A stretch of DNA of 64,000 nucleotides from IMG/VR virus record IMGVR_UViG_3300045988_159959. One strand, given 5' to 3'. Shown here piece after piece: positions 35,683 through 45,485 of the stretch. This DNA is from a virus. Under the pieces are notes generated by a model, which made no database searches, was not told the DNA's origin, and saw nothing but the letters and a program-made list of their open reading frames with translations. Position numbers and translations under genes: made by a program. Within the stretch, counting starts at the first letter, position 1; each line of letters opens with the position of its first letter.

Positions 35683-37845
35683 TTAACTAAACATCTTACG
35701 ATTCAAAAAATAATCAAACTGATCTTTATCCACTTTAGGCATGACAAGCGTTGTTATTTTATCCGCTTCTGCTTGCTTTGCTGCATTTCTTATTTCCGTC
35801 AAATCAATCAATTTGAAATAATCCGGTTTGACATCTTTACTTTCTTCTCCGGCATTGTCCTGCCGGTTCTTCACGTTCGAGAAAGAGTTAGAAAGAATCG
35901 GCATATACATACCTCTTTCTACTTGTAAAATCGTTTGTCTTTGCAAGTTGCCATCCAAGAACGAAACATTGTTTACAACCGAGGAAACATAAAAGAACTC
36001 ATTTGTCGGCTCAAAATAAATAAACGTCCCAACCTTTATTCTTCTATCCCCATTGATCGTAATAGTCCCTGTCCTTGTAAACGGCAAATAAGCTGTTGAT
36101 TCCATAATGTAAATCAAATCGTTTGTTGCAGCCGCCTGAAAATTTGCAAGAGATCGGGTTGCCTCTGTACCTTCCAAATCCTTGTAATTCAAATATTGAT
36201 CCGTAAAGGACATTTTCTTGTTACCAAAAACTTCCGCATACTCATTCAAATATACAATAGGAACAAAGGCAAGACTTGTTGTATTTGTCTGCCCGGCATG
36301 ATTGCTCATAACTTTTAGCTGATACCACGAATAACTTCTTGTATCATAAGACAAATCATACCCGTGCATATTTTCAGACTTAACTGTAATGTATTGCCCA
36401 TTCTTATACGCACCCAAAATAGCATCCTTGTTGAATGGTGGCTGTCTTACCACAAGGTCTATTGTATTGACATAAGTATCAAAATAAAACTCAACCAAAG
36501 GGAATTGACAAACCCTATTCATATACTCCAAAAGTGTACCGTTCGGATTGGCAATAGAAGAATCTATGAGCACCCTTTTTTCAAGGACATCTTCCACAAA
36601 CACTTTAAATATTTGCCAAATTCCGTTTACAGATTGTTTTTCGTCTACGCCTATATCGTAACTTTCCGTTCTTTTATCTTGCCATGAATCAAACACACTA
36701 TTCTTTGTTATACCTATGTTTGACATCACATTCACAATAAACCAAATACATTCCCGAATAGGCTTCATTTGATACGACCACAAAAGATTGGAGAATGCAC
36801 CGGTAAGAACATTTCTTTTAAACCAAATACTGTCTTCGCTCATCTCATACCAATGAGAAAATGTATCAGTTGCATTCAGCAAAGGGATAAAATAACAGCC
36901 ATCATCTGAAAACAGTTTGTTTATATCTCGTCCTTCTATTGTAATGGATTTTACGTTTCCTTGTGCTTCGTAAGATGTGGTGCAAGTATCTACAAACCCT
37001 ATCATATCCCAAATATTGTCCTTAGCTACTTTAGAAACAGGAATTTCCAAATCGACACGTTTGCCAAAATCCACATCTCCTTTATTGTTTTCTTTTTGTA
37101 AACGTTCAAACCGTATAAAGACAATATCGTTGTTTTGTATAAATTTCTCTTGGAAGGACTTGACTTGCGCACCGGTATTAGAAACTGTATTAAATTGTTC
37201 CAAAACAGAATCCCCAAACTTAAATGAGCTTCCATTAAAATAAAAAGGTGCTAACAAAATGCTAAACTCTCCTGTTTGTTTAGATTTAGTTGTAACCGTC
37301 TGCAACACATAAGGAGATAGGTCGATCACTTTGTCAATTGATTTTATGTACATCCATACCCGGATGTTCATAGATATTATTTTGGCATTTATCCCGGTTC
37401 CTTCCAATGCAGAAGTTACATTTGTATCAGGCAAATATTCAGAATCACTTATCAGTTCTTCATAGTTATCTCCCCAATATGCTTTAAAACTTCCCTGTGA
37501 AACAAACTGCCCTTCTTTTGCAGCTTTCACAAGAGAAATAGGTGTATCTCCTTTAGGACACCACAAAACCGTCCCCTGCTTTATATAAGGCAATGTGCCG
37601 GAATCATAGTCACTTTTGTATTTGACTTGTTCTTCCTTATCATACGTTCCCCAAATAATATCCAAATTTGTGATACCCTTACCGTTTTCCACCTTCATCA
37701 ATTCAGAGGGTGTAAATTTCTTTTTCCCAGACGGAAGAATTTTTTGCCAATAATTTATAAAGTCCTCCGGTTTTGCTTGTTGATAGCTTTCCAAAGGATA
37801 AATAGGTGGATTCTTTAATTCTTTGTTTTTTTCTTCTGTTGCCAT
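35683..37845 (-). CDS. Large tail/baseplate hub-region protein (position-based)
   Basis: 720-aa ORF directly downstream of the tape measure gene. Confidence 0.4.
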   Translation of the reverse strand: MATEEKNKELKNPPIYPLESYQQAKPEDFINYWQKILPSGKKKFTPSELMKVENGKGITNLDIIWGTYDKEEQVKYKSDYDSGTLPYIKQGTVLWCPKGDTPISLVKAAKEGQFVSQGSFKAYWGDNYEELISDSEYLPDTNVTSALEGTGINAKIISMNIRVWMYIKSIDKVIDLSPYVLQTVTTKSKQTGEFSILLAPFYFNGSSFKFGDSVLEQFNTVSNTGAQVKSFQEKFIQNNDIVFIRFERLQKENNKGDVDFGKRVDLEIPVSKVAKDNIWDMIGFVDTCTTSYEAQGNVKSITIEGRDINKLFSDDGCYFIPLLNATDTFSHWYEMSEDSIWFKRNVLTGAFSNLLWSYQMKPIRECIWFIVNVMSNIGITKNSVFDSWQDKRTESYDIGVDEKQSVNGIWQIFKVFVEDVLEKRVLIDSSIANPNGTLLEYMNRVCQFPLVEFYFDTYVNTIDLVVRQPPFNKDAILGAYKNGQYITVKSENMHGYDLSYDTRSYSWYQLKVMSNHAGQTNTTSLAFVPIVYLNEYAEVFGNKKMSFTDQYLNYKDLEGTEATRSLANFQAAATNDLIYIMESTAYLPFTRTGTITINGDRRIKVGTFIYFEPTNEFFYVSSVVNNVSFLDGNLQRQTILQVERGMYMPILSNSFSNVKNRQDNAGEESKDVKPDYFKLIDLTEIRNAAKQAEADKITTLVMPKVDKDQFDYFLNRKMFS

Positions 37846-37848
37846 ATT

Positions 37849-39960
37849 TTATTCCTCCGCCGATCTACCACTAAAATATTGATATGCTTGCACTAAACCT
37901 TTCCAAATAAGGAATGGATTGCCAGAAGTAGAATAAGTTTGTCTCAATACATCTTGATTCTCCCCTTTCATAGGATTCATAAGAGAATCTACTATAGTGT
38001 CTCGAACTGATTTAGCTATTTCTTCTTTCGGTTGATTCAATTTATTGTACAAAGCGTTTAGAGCATTCAAAATTTTACCCAATCTATCTATATTTGTTTC
38101 TCCTATACCAATCATCCTGTTCTCATAAGCCGACATCATTCTTTCACCGGCTGTAACAGTTCTTTCGGCAGCAGTAGGTTCATATCTATTTGTCGGGTCA
38201 TTCTGTGCTTGGAGTGCCTGACTTGATTCTTTGACCATCTCAAATGTTTTCTCGTAATCCAGCGTTCCCGTTTCCGTAAGCGCATTAATGTCCGTATAGG
38301 TCAATTTCGTAAAAGCACCTCTCATCAAATGACGAAGTGTTTCCAGACTTCCGCCCGCCATTTGCGTTAAAGCATCGAGAAAACGCTTCATTACGTTTTC
38401 ATCGCCTTTCCCTTTTGTCAAATCATCCAAAGCAGCAAGAATTTCAGAAGGAGTTGTCGAACCGGTAGCTTGCTGGGCTGCCCTAAACAAAAGTGTCTGC
38501 GTCACCTCGTCTTGTGAAATTCCTTGTCCCATAAAAGATTCCTGTACCCGTTCAAGTTGTCTACCTTCCATTCCTGTTTGCAGACGAACGGCACGCATGA
38601 TAGCAGCTATGTTTGCCGCATCTATCTCACCTGTTCGAGAAAGGATATCATCAGCAGACCGAACAAAAGTAGTCATACTTTCATCCATAGTAGAAGCAAT
38701 TTCACTAAGCGGAATTTGAAGTTGCTTCATAGTTTGTTCAAAAGACCGGATAATAGCAGATGAAGAAGCTGTTTGTCCTTCTTCTGTACGAGCGAAACGC
38801 ATTGCTCCTTGCATTCCCATTACCGACTGATCGCTAAGCCCGTATAAACGCTGTACAGCCATCAAACTTTGTGTTTCCGGTACAGGTGCTACAGTTGCTT
38901 CTTTTCCGCCGGCGGCACGAATAAGTTCAGCACGTCTTTGAATGTATTCACCTACATTCATTCCCAAAGCAGAAGAAGCGTAGCTACCCTCTCTGAAAGC
39001 CGTAGCCATAGATTGTCCGGCAGTTGTTCCCATTGTTTGAGAATAGGCTATAGTTCTTTTTTGAGCTTCCATAGCTTTTTCTACAGAAGTCGTAAAAATA
39101 CCAGCAACCACATTTGCAATAGCCGTTGTAACTCCGCCTAAAAATCCTCCTACACCGGGGATTAAAGAAAGCCCTTCCCCTAAAATTCCGCCTAAAGAAG
39201 AAATAATCCCGCCACCCATAGCAGCCGGACTTTGGAAAGTGGCTCCTACGCCGGAAATAACCCTTGTTGCGATATTGGTAGCAGTGCTTCTATCGCTGCC
39301 TCTTTCCACATTTTCTTGTCTTTCCCTTGTAATAGTAGTTGGCTCTCTGTCTACCGGTGTCGGGGTGGGAACCGGAATAGGTTGTATTCCTGAACCTCCG
39401 CCAGATGTACCCCTTCCGTTGTACAAAGTTTCATCTATAGAAAAAATACCTTCCTGTATGGCTTCTAAAGCTCTTGTGCCGGCTTGTACTTGTTGAAGTA
39501 TTTGTCCGGCTATACCGGAAATATCGCCATTCCCAGAAGCGATCGCCTCCACCACAGAAGCAAAACCTTCTTTATTGATACCCAAAAGTGCATTCAAATC
39601 TATAGCCCTTGCACCACCGGTTTGATAAACGTCAAGTTGTCCTCTAAGACTATCTATTTCGTCTTGCTTCGTTCTTCTCTTTCTTCGAGTAGGAGTTGGT
39701 TGTTCTGTTTCTCCTTCTTCCGGTTGTGGGGTTGGTTGAGTGGGACGAACAGGAGAAACAGGTTGCCTTCCTCTTTCGGAATTTTGTCGTCCCAAAAGAT
39801 TCAATTGTTCCCTAAGCTGATTGATAGCATCATTTTGCTGACGAAGAATATTGTCGTTGTTTTCAACGATCCTTCGCTGAATACTTTCCATTTCCCCACC
39901 TATAGCCCTAAGTTGAGAAGTGTCTACCGAAACTCTAAGCCTTTTCTCCGCGTTCGCCAT
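37849..39960 (-). CDS. Tail tape measure protein
   Basis: 703 aa. It has a coiled-coil N-terminus and a Gly/Ala-rich hydrophobic segment (GGIISSLGGILGEGLSLIPGVGGFLGGVTTAIANVVAGIF). It follows two small chaperone-like ORFs. Confidence 0.7.
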   Translation of the reverse strand: MANAEKRLRVSVDTSQLRAIGGEMESIQRRIVENNDNILRQQNDAINQLREQLNLLGRQNSERGRQPVSPVRPTQPTPQPEEGETEQPTPTRRKRRTKQDEIDSLRGQLDVYQTGGARAIDLNALLGINKEGFASVVEAIASGNGDISGIAGQILQQVQAGTRALEAIQEGIFSIDETLYNGRGTSGGGSGIQPIPVPTPTPVDREPTTITRERQENVERGSDRSTATNIATRVISGVGATFQSPAAMGGGIISSLGGILGEGLSLIPGVGGFLGGVTTAIANVVAGIFTTSVEKAMEAQKRTIAYSQTMGTTAGQSMATAFREGSYASSALGMNVGEYIQRRAELIRAAGGKEATVAPVPETQSLMAVQRLYGLSDQSVMGMQGAMRFARTEEGQTASSSAIIRSFEQTMKQLQIPLSEIASTMDESMTTFVRSADDILSRTGEIDAANIAAIMRAVRLQTGMEGRQLERVQESFMGQGISQDEVTQTLLFRAAQQATGSTTPSEILAALDDLTKGKGDENVMKRFLDALTQMAGGSLETLRHLMRGAFTKLTYTDINALTETGTLDYEKTFEMVKESSQALQAQNDPTNRYEPTAAERTVTAGERMMSAYENRMIGIGETNIDRLGKILNALNALYNKLNQPKEEIAKSVRDTIVDSLMNPMKGENQDVLRQTYSTSGNPFLIWKGLVQAYQYFSGRSAEE

Positions 39961-40294
39961 TTTCCTTTATCTCTTTTGCTTTCTGTTCAAACTCGATCAT
40001 CTTAAACATCTGATCTTCATAGAAAGCAGTATCTTGTTCCGAAATTCCACCTTCCGGTGCTTTTAGCCAATCTCCAATATTAGGAATATATTCTTGTTTT
40101 TCTTTTTCTTCTTTTTCCTGTTGCAGTTCATAAAAAACTTTGTCTTCTTCAAATTCCATAAGTTCTGCAAAAAAATCACATTTCTTATGTTCTTCTGAAA
40201 GAAACGGGATTTTATGCTTGTTCCTATACCACCTATCAATAGGAAACATATTATCCCATCTTATGACAAAGTTTTTATATTCTTCTCGGTTCAT
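39935..40294 (-). CDS. Tail assembly chaperone-like protein (second of pair)
   Basis: Acidic 119-aa ORF with an ATGA overlap to the upstream ORF; its 3' end overlaps the tape measure start. Confidence 0.45.
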   Translation of the reverse strand: MNREEYKNFVIRWDNMFPIDRWYRNKHKIPFLSEEHKKCDFFAELMEFEEDKVFYELQQEKEEKEKQEYIPNIGDWLKAPEGGISEQDTAFYEDQMFKMIEFEQKAKEIKENGERGEKA

Positions 40295-40632
40295 CAGTCT
40301 ACAGATGAAAGGATTTTTTCGGCTTCCTTCAAGAACGGGAATACGTCTTGCATATAAATATCACAAATTTCTTTGTAATCTTTCAATCCCAGTTCAGAGA
40401 AACTTTTTACTTTCAAATCAGACATTAGTTGCGGACATAAAACAGAAATAGCAGCTTCCACATCTATCATATCTAAAGCACGCTGTGCTGAAATAGTTGG
40501 GTTGCCAATCATGGAATTATAACTTCCTTTACCAAGTCTCTGTTTGTTTACCTCAATTTGGTAATACTGTCCAACGTTCGGGAAACTGATCTCATACTTT
40601 CTTCCTTTCACTGTAATCTCTTTGACATCCAT
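40294..40632 (-). CDS. Tail assembly chaperone-like protein (first of pair)
   Basis: 112-aa ORF between the tube region and the tape measure gene. Confidence 0.45.
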   Translation of the reverse strand: MDVKEITVKGRKYEISFPNVGQYYQIEVNKQRLGKGSYNSMIGNPTISAQRALDMIDVEAAISVLCPQLMSDLKVKSFSELGLKDYKEICDIYMQDVFPFLKEAEKILSSVD

Positions 40633-40662
40633 ACTATATGATTTTTAATTGATTGATACGCA

Positions 40663-40670
40663 CAAATATA
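40663..40670 (-). promoter_or_regulatory. Putative -7 box (TATATTTG on the minus strand)
   Basis: Matches TAnnTTTG, 31 nt upstream of the ATG at 40632 and just after the terminator at 40689-40706. Confidence 0.35.
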
Positions 40671-40688
40671 CATATAAAACAGAGAAAA

Positions 40689-40706
40689 GCGGAATTTTCA
40701 TTCCGC
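40689..40706 (-). terminator. Rho-independent terminator after the moron
   Basis: GCGGAAT-tttc-ATTCCGC, followed on the minus strand by ttttctctgtttt. Confidence 0.6.
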
Positions 40707-40718
40707 TTTCTGAAAAAA

Positions 40719-41678
40719 TTACTCATCCCCTTTCTCTTTATTTGATTCAAAAGAAGTCCTTATGATTTTGCTCATAGAAGAATCAAATTCATCACAAATT
40801 TCTTCTTTTGAATTTTCTTCAAATTCTGTCTGTAACTGAATAGGAGGTGTTTTGTATTTCAATTGGAACAGATCGTCAAATTGTTCTTTCGTTTGAGAAA
40901 CAGACATCAATGTTGTAACTTCTATGATCTGCTTCTTCAAATGTTCTCTCCCTATTTCTGGCGTCAAAGATTGATGCCACTTATATTTCCAATTCCCCTT
41001 TGAAGTTTTGCCCGTTTTTTCTTTTATTCTATCTACAACACCCTGCGGAAGTAATTCATAAATATATTTATTTGTTAGTTTTCCAATAAAAGAAGGCTTG
41101 TTTCTAATATATTTAGGAATAAATGGCAACCCCCACAAACGATATATATTTTTATAAAAATCATCTGTAAAAGTAAGCTGCCATTTCAATATTTCGTCCG
41201 ATATATAAGCATTGAGAATTTTTTGAAGTTCAAATCTCTCTCTGTCATATTGATAACCTGTTGCTTCATCTACCAAAGATATAATTCCAACCTTGGCAAA
41301 AGACCGAACCAAAATTTCACATTGATCCGCTATTATCTTTTGTCTGTTACTCAATTCAATACACTTTCTCGCTTCAAGCATCCCATCGCAAATATCCACC
41401 AACACAGTAGCTTCGTATCCATTGATTTTTTGTCCGCCATCATAGCATTCTAAAGGTTCAAAGTGTGCCGGGTCTAAATCTTTAAAAATAAAAGGTTTAA
41501 GTGTTGAGTTATTTAAAAAAACAGGGATTTTTGTGCCGGTGTTTTTATTCTCTACTATTTTTAAAATTCCCTGCATTCCCCTCCCAGATAGCACTCTTGT
41601 TCCGTTTTCCAGCACATAGCAAGGGATTGAAAAATCGCCTAATTTCAATTCTCCTTTACACTCAATCTTATTGATCAT
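40719..41678 (-). CDS. P63C-domain protein (antirepressor/Bro-like family)
   Basis: The N-terminus FSIPCYVLENGTRVLSGRGMQGIL and the central region resemble P63C-domain proteins. Confidence 0.5.
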   Translation of the reverse strand: MINKIECKGELKLGDFSIPCYVLENGTRVLSGRGMQGILKIVENKNTGTKIPVFLNNSTLKPFIFKDLDPAHFEPLECYDGGQKINGYEATVLVDICDGMLEARKCIELSNRQKIIADQCEILVRSFAKVGIISLVDEATGYQYDRERFELQKILNAYISDEILKWQLTFTDDFYKNIYRLWGLPFIPKYIRNKPSFIGKLTNKYIYELLPQGVVDRIKEKTGKTSKGNWKYKWHQSLTPEIGREHLKKQIIEVTTLMSVSQTKEQFDDLFQLKYKTPPIQLQTEFEENSKEEICDEFDSSMSKIIRTSFESNKEKGDE

Positions 41679-41679
41679 A

Positions 41680-42087
41680 TCATTTACAATTTGAATTAGT
41701 TAAACAAAATTTTATTCGTCTCATCATCTCCCAAGCTGTTTTTTGAGTTACTTCCAATTTTCTGCCCATTTCAACAGAATTTATTGTATCATCATACAAA
41801 ACCAGCCATAAAGCCTTAAACCACTTTATAAGTGGAATTGATGTCTTAAAAAAGATAGTTTTCGTTTTTACATCAAAAGCCTTATTTGTATCACAACAAA
41901 TATACTCATTGCCACGAAGCCTAACTTTAGATTCTCTACTATAAGGAGAAATAGGATAAGAATCTTCCCATCTAAGGGCTTCCAAAAATCTTATACAACT
42001 TTCTTCTGTAGGGAAAGCAGCATCAAGATCATCTAAACTTTTAAATCTACTACTCATAACAAATTGAATTTTTAATACACGCCACAA
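41680..42087 (-). CDS. IS1595-transposase N-terminal-domain-like protein (no catalytic domain)
   Basis: FPTEESCIRFLEALRWEDSYP...IFFKTSIPLIKWFKALWLV resembles the N-terminal Zn-ribbon/HTH region of IS1595-family transposases, but the Cys ligands are degenerate. Confidence 0.4.
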   Translation of the reverse strand: MWRVLKIQFVMSSRFKSLDDLDAAFPTEESCIRFLEALRWEDSYPISPYSRESKVRLRGNEYICCDTNKAFDVKTKTIFFKTSIPLIKWFKALWLVLYDDTINSVEMGRKLEVTQKTAWEMMRRIKFCLTNSNCK

Positions 42088-42111
42088 AGATAGTAAAAAT
42101 TATAATCCAAA

Positions 42112-42119
42112 CAAATATA
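42112..42119 (-). promoter_or_regulatory. Putative -7 box (TATATTTG) for the moron; a second copy lies at 42215-42222
   Basis: Matches TAnnTTTG, 25 nt upstream of the ATG at 42087 and downstream of the terminator at 42145-42162. Confidence 0.35.
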
Positions 42120-42144
42120 ATAATAATAATTTCTAAAAACAAAA

Positions 42145-42162
42145 GGTGGACAAACGTCCACC
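42145..42162 (-). terminator. Rho-independent terminator after the tube gene
   Basis: GGTGGAC-aaac-GTCCACC, followed on the minus strand by ttttgttttt. Confidence 0.6.
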
Positions 42163-42300
42163 TTCCTTTATTATGAATAATAAGATTGAATGTAATTGCT
42201 TCACAGCAACGAAGCAAATATAGCAACTTATTTTATTCTTACAAAATCAATCCATAACCTTTATATTAACAAATTTTACAACTTATCTTGTTAAATGTAG

Positions 42301-42783
42301 TTAATATTCAGCAGTTACAATCGGATTAAGATAACGTATGTTAACATTAAAACTTGAAACGGATTGCTCCTGCAACTGCCAATTCTGATTCTCAATGAAA
42401 CAAGGTGTCAAAAGAGCAATTGTCTGTCCTGTCGGATCAACACTTGTTACCATCTTACGAGCATCATCAAAGTTCTGTACCAATTTCTTATAGATCATGA
42501 TAGAGAACCCTTGTTCTGCAAATGTAAGAGTGTCCAAAACCTCCTGCAAAGTCCCCAGACGGTGAATCATCGCTTCCACTACCGGAGCCTTGAAAGACAA
42601 AAAGAACTGATCTACCGTTGCTGAACATCTATAAGAAACCGGCGGAATTTCCTGAATAGGCAAACTACCCAATCCCTGTACATCCACACGGTTAATTTGT
42701 TCCTGTACGGTTATATTTCTAACAAAACCGGCTGTTTCGTTGCCGATCTTGATATATGCCATAGGTGCACTGAATGTCTGCAT
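42301..42783 (-). CDS. Tail tube protein
   Basis: 160-aa ORF immediately after the sheath-sized gene; strong terminator downstream. Confidence 0.55.
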   Translation of the reverse strand: MQTFSAPMAYIKIGNETAGFVRNITVQEQINRVDVQGLGSLPIQEIPPVSYRCSATVDQFFLSFKAPVVEAMIHRLGTLQEVLDTLTFAEQGFSIMIYKKLVQNFDDARKMVTSVDPTGQTIALLTPCFIENQNWQLQEQSVSSFNVNIRYLNPIVTAEY

Positions 42784-42804
42784 AATATCTATGTTTTAGA
42801 ATTA

Positions 42805-44448
42805 TTATCCGCGAATTAAGAAGCCTGTGAAGAACAACTTGTTGATTTCATTGTTCACAACGATCTTATAGGTTACAAACCAAGCATCTTCCTGTCTTGT
42901 AACAAGAACGTCTTTGAACGAAAGCAATAGGTTGTCCTGTGCCTCATTTGCCACTCTCGATTGCAAATAAGCAACCGTCCAGTCTTTCACCGCACCGGCA
43001 GACAATGTATTGACGTTTACACCGTTTTCCTGTCCCAACAAGTCAATAGAAGCGTTTACAACCAATTCCTTGTTGATCTGGGCAACGATACGCATAAACT
43101 GAATACTGTGGCTCTGTCCGTTGGAATTGAACAACACTTTGTTGTCCTGCAAAGTGTTCACGCCCTGCAATACGACAAAGTTGTTCGTATAATCATTGTA
43201 AACCGTCACAAGCATACCAGCATTCAAAGCCTTTGTCTTTTCCGTATCGTTCAAAGTGTGCTTCAGTTTGTCAATACCGATTGTCTTGTTTGTAACCGGG
43301 ATATAAGGCGGTTTTCCTGCCGTTCTACCCAAAATACAACACAAGTTATACATTACTCCCCACCAGCGTGTTTTGATACCTGTAATACCGGAAGTCATAC
43401 CTGCACCACCATGTACCAACTGAACCAACTCACTGTTGAACCCTTTCGCCAAATCAAGTGATTTAGAGAAATTGGCGGCATCGTCATAACCTCCCACAAA
43501 CAAGAAGTGGGTGTACTTAGCTTGACTATTCATATGAGCAATGTACTGTTTCTGCAATGCGGAATCAGCATTTATACCGAACTGATCCATAAGAGCAAAG
43601 CTATAGTCCAAACCTGTAATTGCTTCCATAACTTTCGCCATGTTGTCAGTATTGTAAGTTTCAGTACCGCCCTTTGCCAAGAAATAGGATTTACCAGCCA
43701 GTACAGTAGTAACGTCACTCTCAGATACCGTTCCTTCTCCTTGTACTTCCGCGTTTTCTGTCAATACAAACAGGTTAGCAAAATTAGAATCGGACTTAGC
43801 CCAATCAATCAAAGTGTTGATGTTATCAAATTCAGGTGACTGCAATACCAAAGTAGGTGCTGCTTGATCTTCCGGCGTTTCTCCAATAGGATAACCATCT
43901 TCTGCATATCCTGTGAAAGAACCGACATAGAATTTCATGATCCATTTTGCCGGATCATCTTCGCCCGTTACAATGGATGCACCATAACCGGTAATCAAAT
44001 TGCCGGCTTCTGAAAGTTTACCGTTTGCACCCAAACCTTCATCCAACGTTTTTACTTCAAACGTACCGCCGGAAGTGGTTGCAAAAGTAAGTGTTGCGGA
44101 TGTAGTCTTTGCGGCTCTCACAAAAAGAAGCTGTGAAATACCAGTAGAAGCAGGGTTGGTATAATCCGGTGTGAAAAGACCTTCTGCGATCTTCCAGAAC
44201 ATACCACCTTTCACGAAAGAACGGAACTCGGCAATAGTGTCAAACGTATAGACAGAATCCAATCCCTGAAAATTTTCTCCGTCTATACCTGAACCTCCAC
44301 CCCAATTTGCACCATAAACACCCGTATCAATTATGATTGCCTTTCCGTAGTCCAGCGTACGAGAAGGGCTTGTTTCCGAGGTCGTAATTCTTGAATAAAC
44401 ACCCGGCAACGTAATTTGCTTATTATTGAAAATAAAAGATGTGGCCAT
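42805..44448 (-). CDS. Contractile tail sheath protein
   Basis: 547 aa; canonical sheath-tube order. Confidence 0.6.
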   Translation of the reverse strand: MATSFIFNNKQITLPGVYSRITTSETSPSRTLDYGKAIIIDTGVYGANWGGGSGIDGENFQGLDSVYTFDTIAEFRSFVKGGMFWKIAEGLFTPDYTNPASTGISQLLFVRAAKTTSATLTFATTSGGTFEVKTLDEGLGANGKLSEAGNLITGYGASIVTGEDDPAKWIMKFYVGSFTGYAEDGYPIGETPEDQAAPTLVLQSPEFDNINTLIDWAKSDSNFANLFVLTENAEVQGEGTVSESDVTTVLAGKSYFLAKGGTETYNTDNMAKVMEAITGLDYSFALMDQFGINADSALQKQYIAHMNSQAKYTHFLFVGGYDDAANFSKSLDLAKGFNSELVQLVHGGAGMTSGITGIKTRWWGVMYNLCCILGRTAGKPPYIPVTNKTIGIDKLKHTLNDTEKTKALNAGMLVTVYNDYTNNFVVLQGVNTLQDNKVLFNSNGQSHSIQFMRIVAQINKELVVNASIDLLGQENGVNVNTLSAGAVKDWTVAYLQSRVANEAQDNLLLSFKDVLVTRQEDAWFVTYKIVVNNEINKLFFTGFLIRG

Positions 44449-44461
44449 AATTTATTAATTA

Positions 44462-45436
44462 TCAATTGTTTATATCGAATTTATGTAACTTTATTTTATT
44501 TATCCTCTCCAAATAGTCGGAAGGTAATGTTGACCTCTTTTCCATATTTTCATACTCCCACAATGGTTGAAGATTCAAATAATGGTTAGCAATAGACATA
44601 CCTTCTTCTATATTGTCTCTATATTCTTGACAAAAATAAGACAAAGGTATGATATGGTCAATATTCCACTTCCCCTTTCCATTGCCTCTATTCTCCCAAG
44701 TCATACCATCTTTAAATTGAGACTCAATATGAATAATTAAGTCGGGAATAGAGCAACCAAGAAAATCAAGATTTCTTTTCCATCCGTACAAGAAATATTC
44801 TCGAATAGAATCTCTTAATTTTTTCAAATATTTCTGCTTCGTTTTAAAAACAATATCTGTTTCTAATTTATTTTGTTTCCATTGTTTCAAACGCCCACTA
44901 AGCCTATATTCTATATGCAGTTGCTTATAATAATCCTTTTTGTCTTTATAAGTCTCTTTTGCTTGTTTTGAACGGCATTCCTTACAAATACAGTCAAATC
45001 CCGTACTCGACGTTCTATGGACATAAAACTTACTTCTTTCCTTTTCTTCCCCACAAACAGAGCATACTATCTTGCCTTCATAAGAAAGTTCTCTATTTCT
45101 TTCTCTATTTTTATCTCTACTTTCAGCAGCACTTTTGTTAGCGCACTCCTTACAATACCCAGATCGTCCGTCTACATGAGTTTTGCTTTTTCCAAAATTA
45201 TCAATAGAAAGCTCTCTACCACAACAAGAACAAACTTTAAACTCTTTAATTATCCTTTCTTCTAAAGGAATATTTTTTATGACAGACAATCTTTTGCTTT
45301 TCTTCAAGTCAGCACATTTCTTGCAATAGCAATTCAACCCATCCGGTTGGTTCTTTTTCTTATAGAACTCACTGATAGGCAATTCTTGTCGACAACAAGA
45401 ACAAACTTTTGTCCCTTTTTGAAAGTCTGCTTTCAT
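44462..45436 (-). CDS. Free-standing HNH homing-type endonuclease with three tandem zinc-ribbon modules
   Basis: Three repeats: CSCCRQELPISEFYKKKNQPDGLNCYCKKCA, CSCCGRELSIDNFGKSKTHVDGRSGYCKECA, CSVCGEEKERSKFYVHRTSSTGFDCICKECR. C-terminal WNIDHIIPLS...NLQPL. Confidence 0.65.
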   Translation of the reverse strand: MKADFQKGTKVCSCCRQELPISEFYKKKNQPDGLNCYCKKCADLKKSKRLSVIKNIPLEERIIKEFKVCSCCGRELSIDNFGKSKTHVDGRSGYCKECANKSAAESRDKNRERNRELSYEGKIVCSVCGEEKERSKFYVHRTSSTGFDCICKECRSKQAKETYKDKKDYYKQLHIEYRLSGRLKQWKQNKLETDIVFKTKQKYLKKLRDSIREYFLYGWKRNLDFLGCSIPDLIIHIESQFKDGMTWENRGNGKGKWNIDHIIPLSYFCQEYRDNIEEGMSIANHYLNLQPLWEYENMEKRSTLPSDYLERINKIKLHKFDINN

Positions 45437-45485
45437 ATTGTACCAAAATTACACCTTCAAAGGTAATCATTTTTCAATCAACGAA

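Noticed and set aside
39484-40005. Long plus-strand ORFs antisense to large minus-strand genes (for example 39484..40005, 9667..10197, 32443..32961, 49213..49737, 50416..50889, 51041..51544)
   Set aside because: Each is fully nested in, and antisense to, a longer ORF with recognisable motifs. Their translations are low-complexity with skewed composition (S/F/L/C-rich). They are shadow ORFs.
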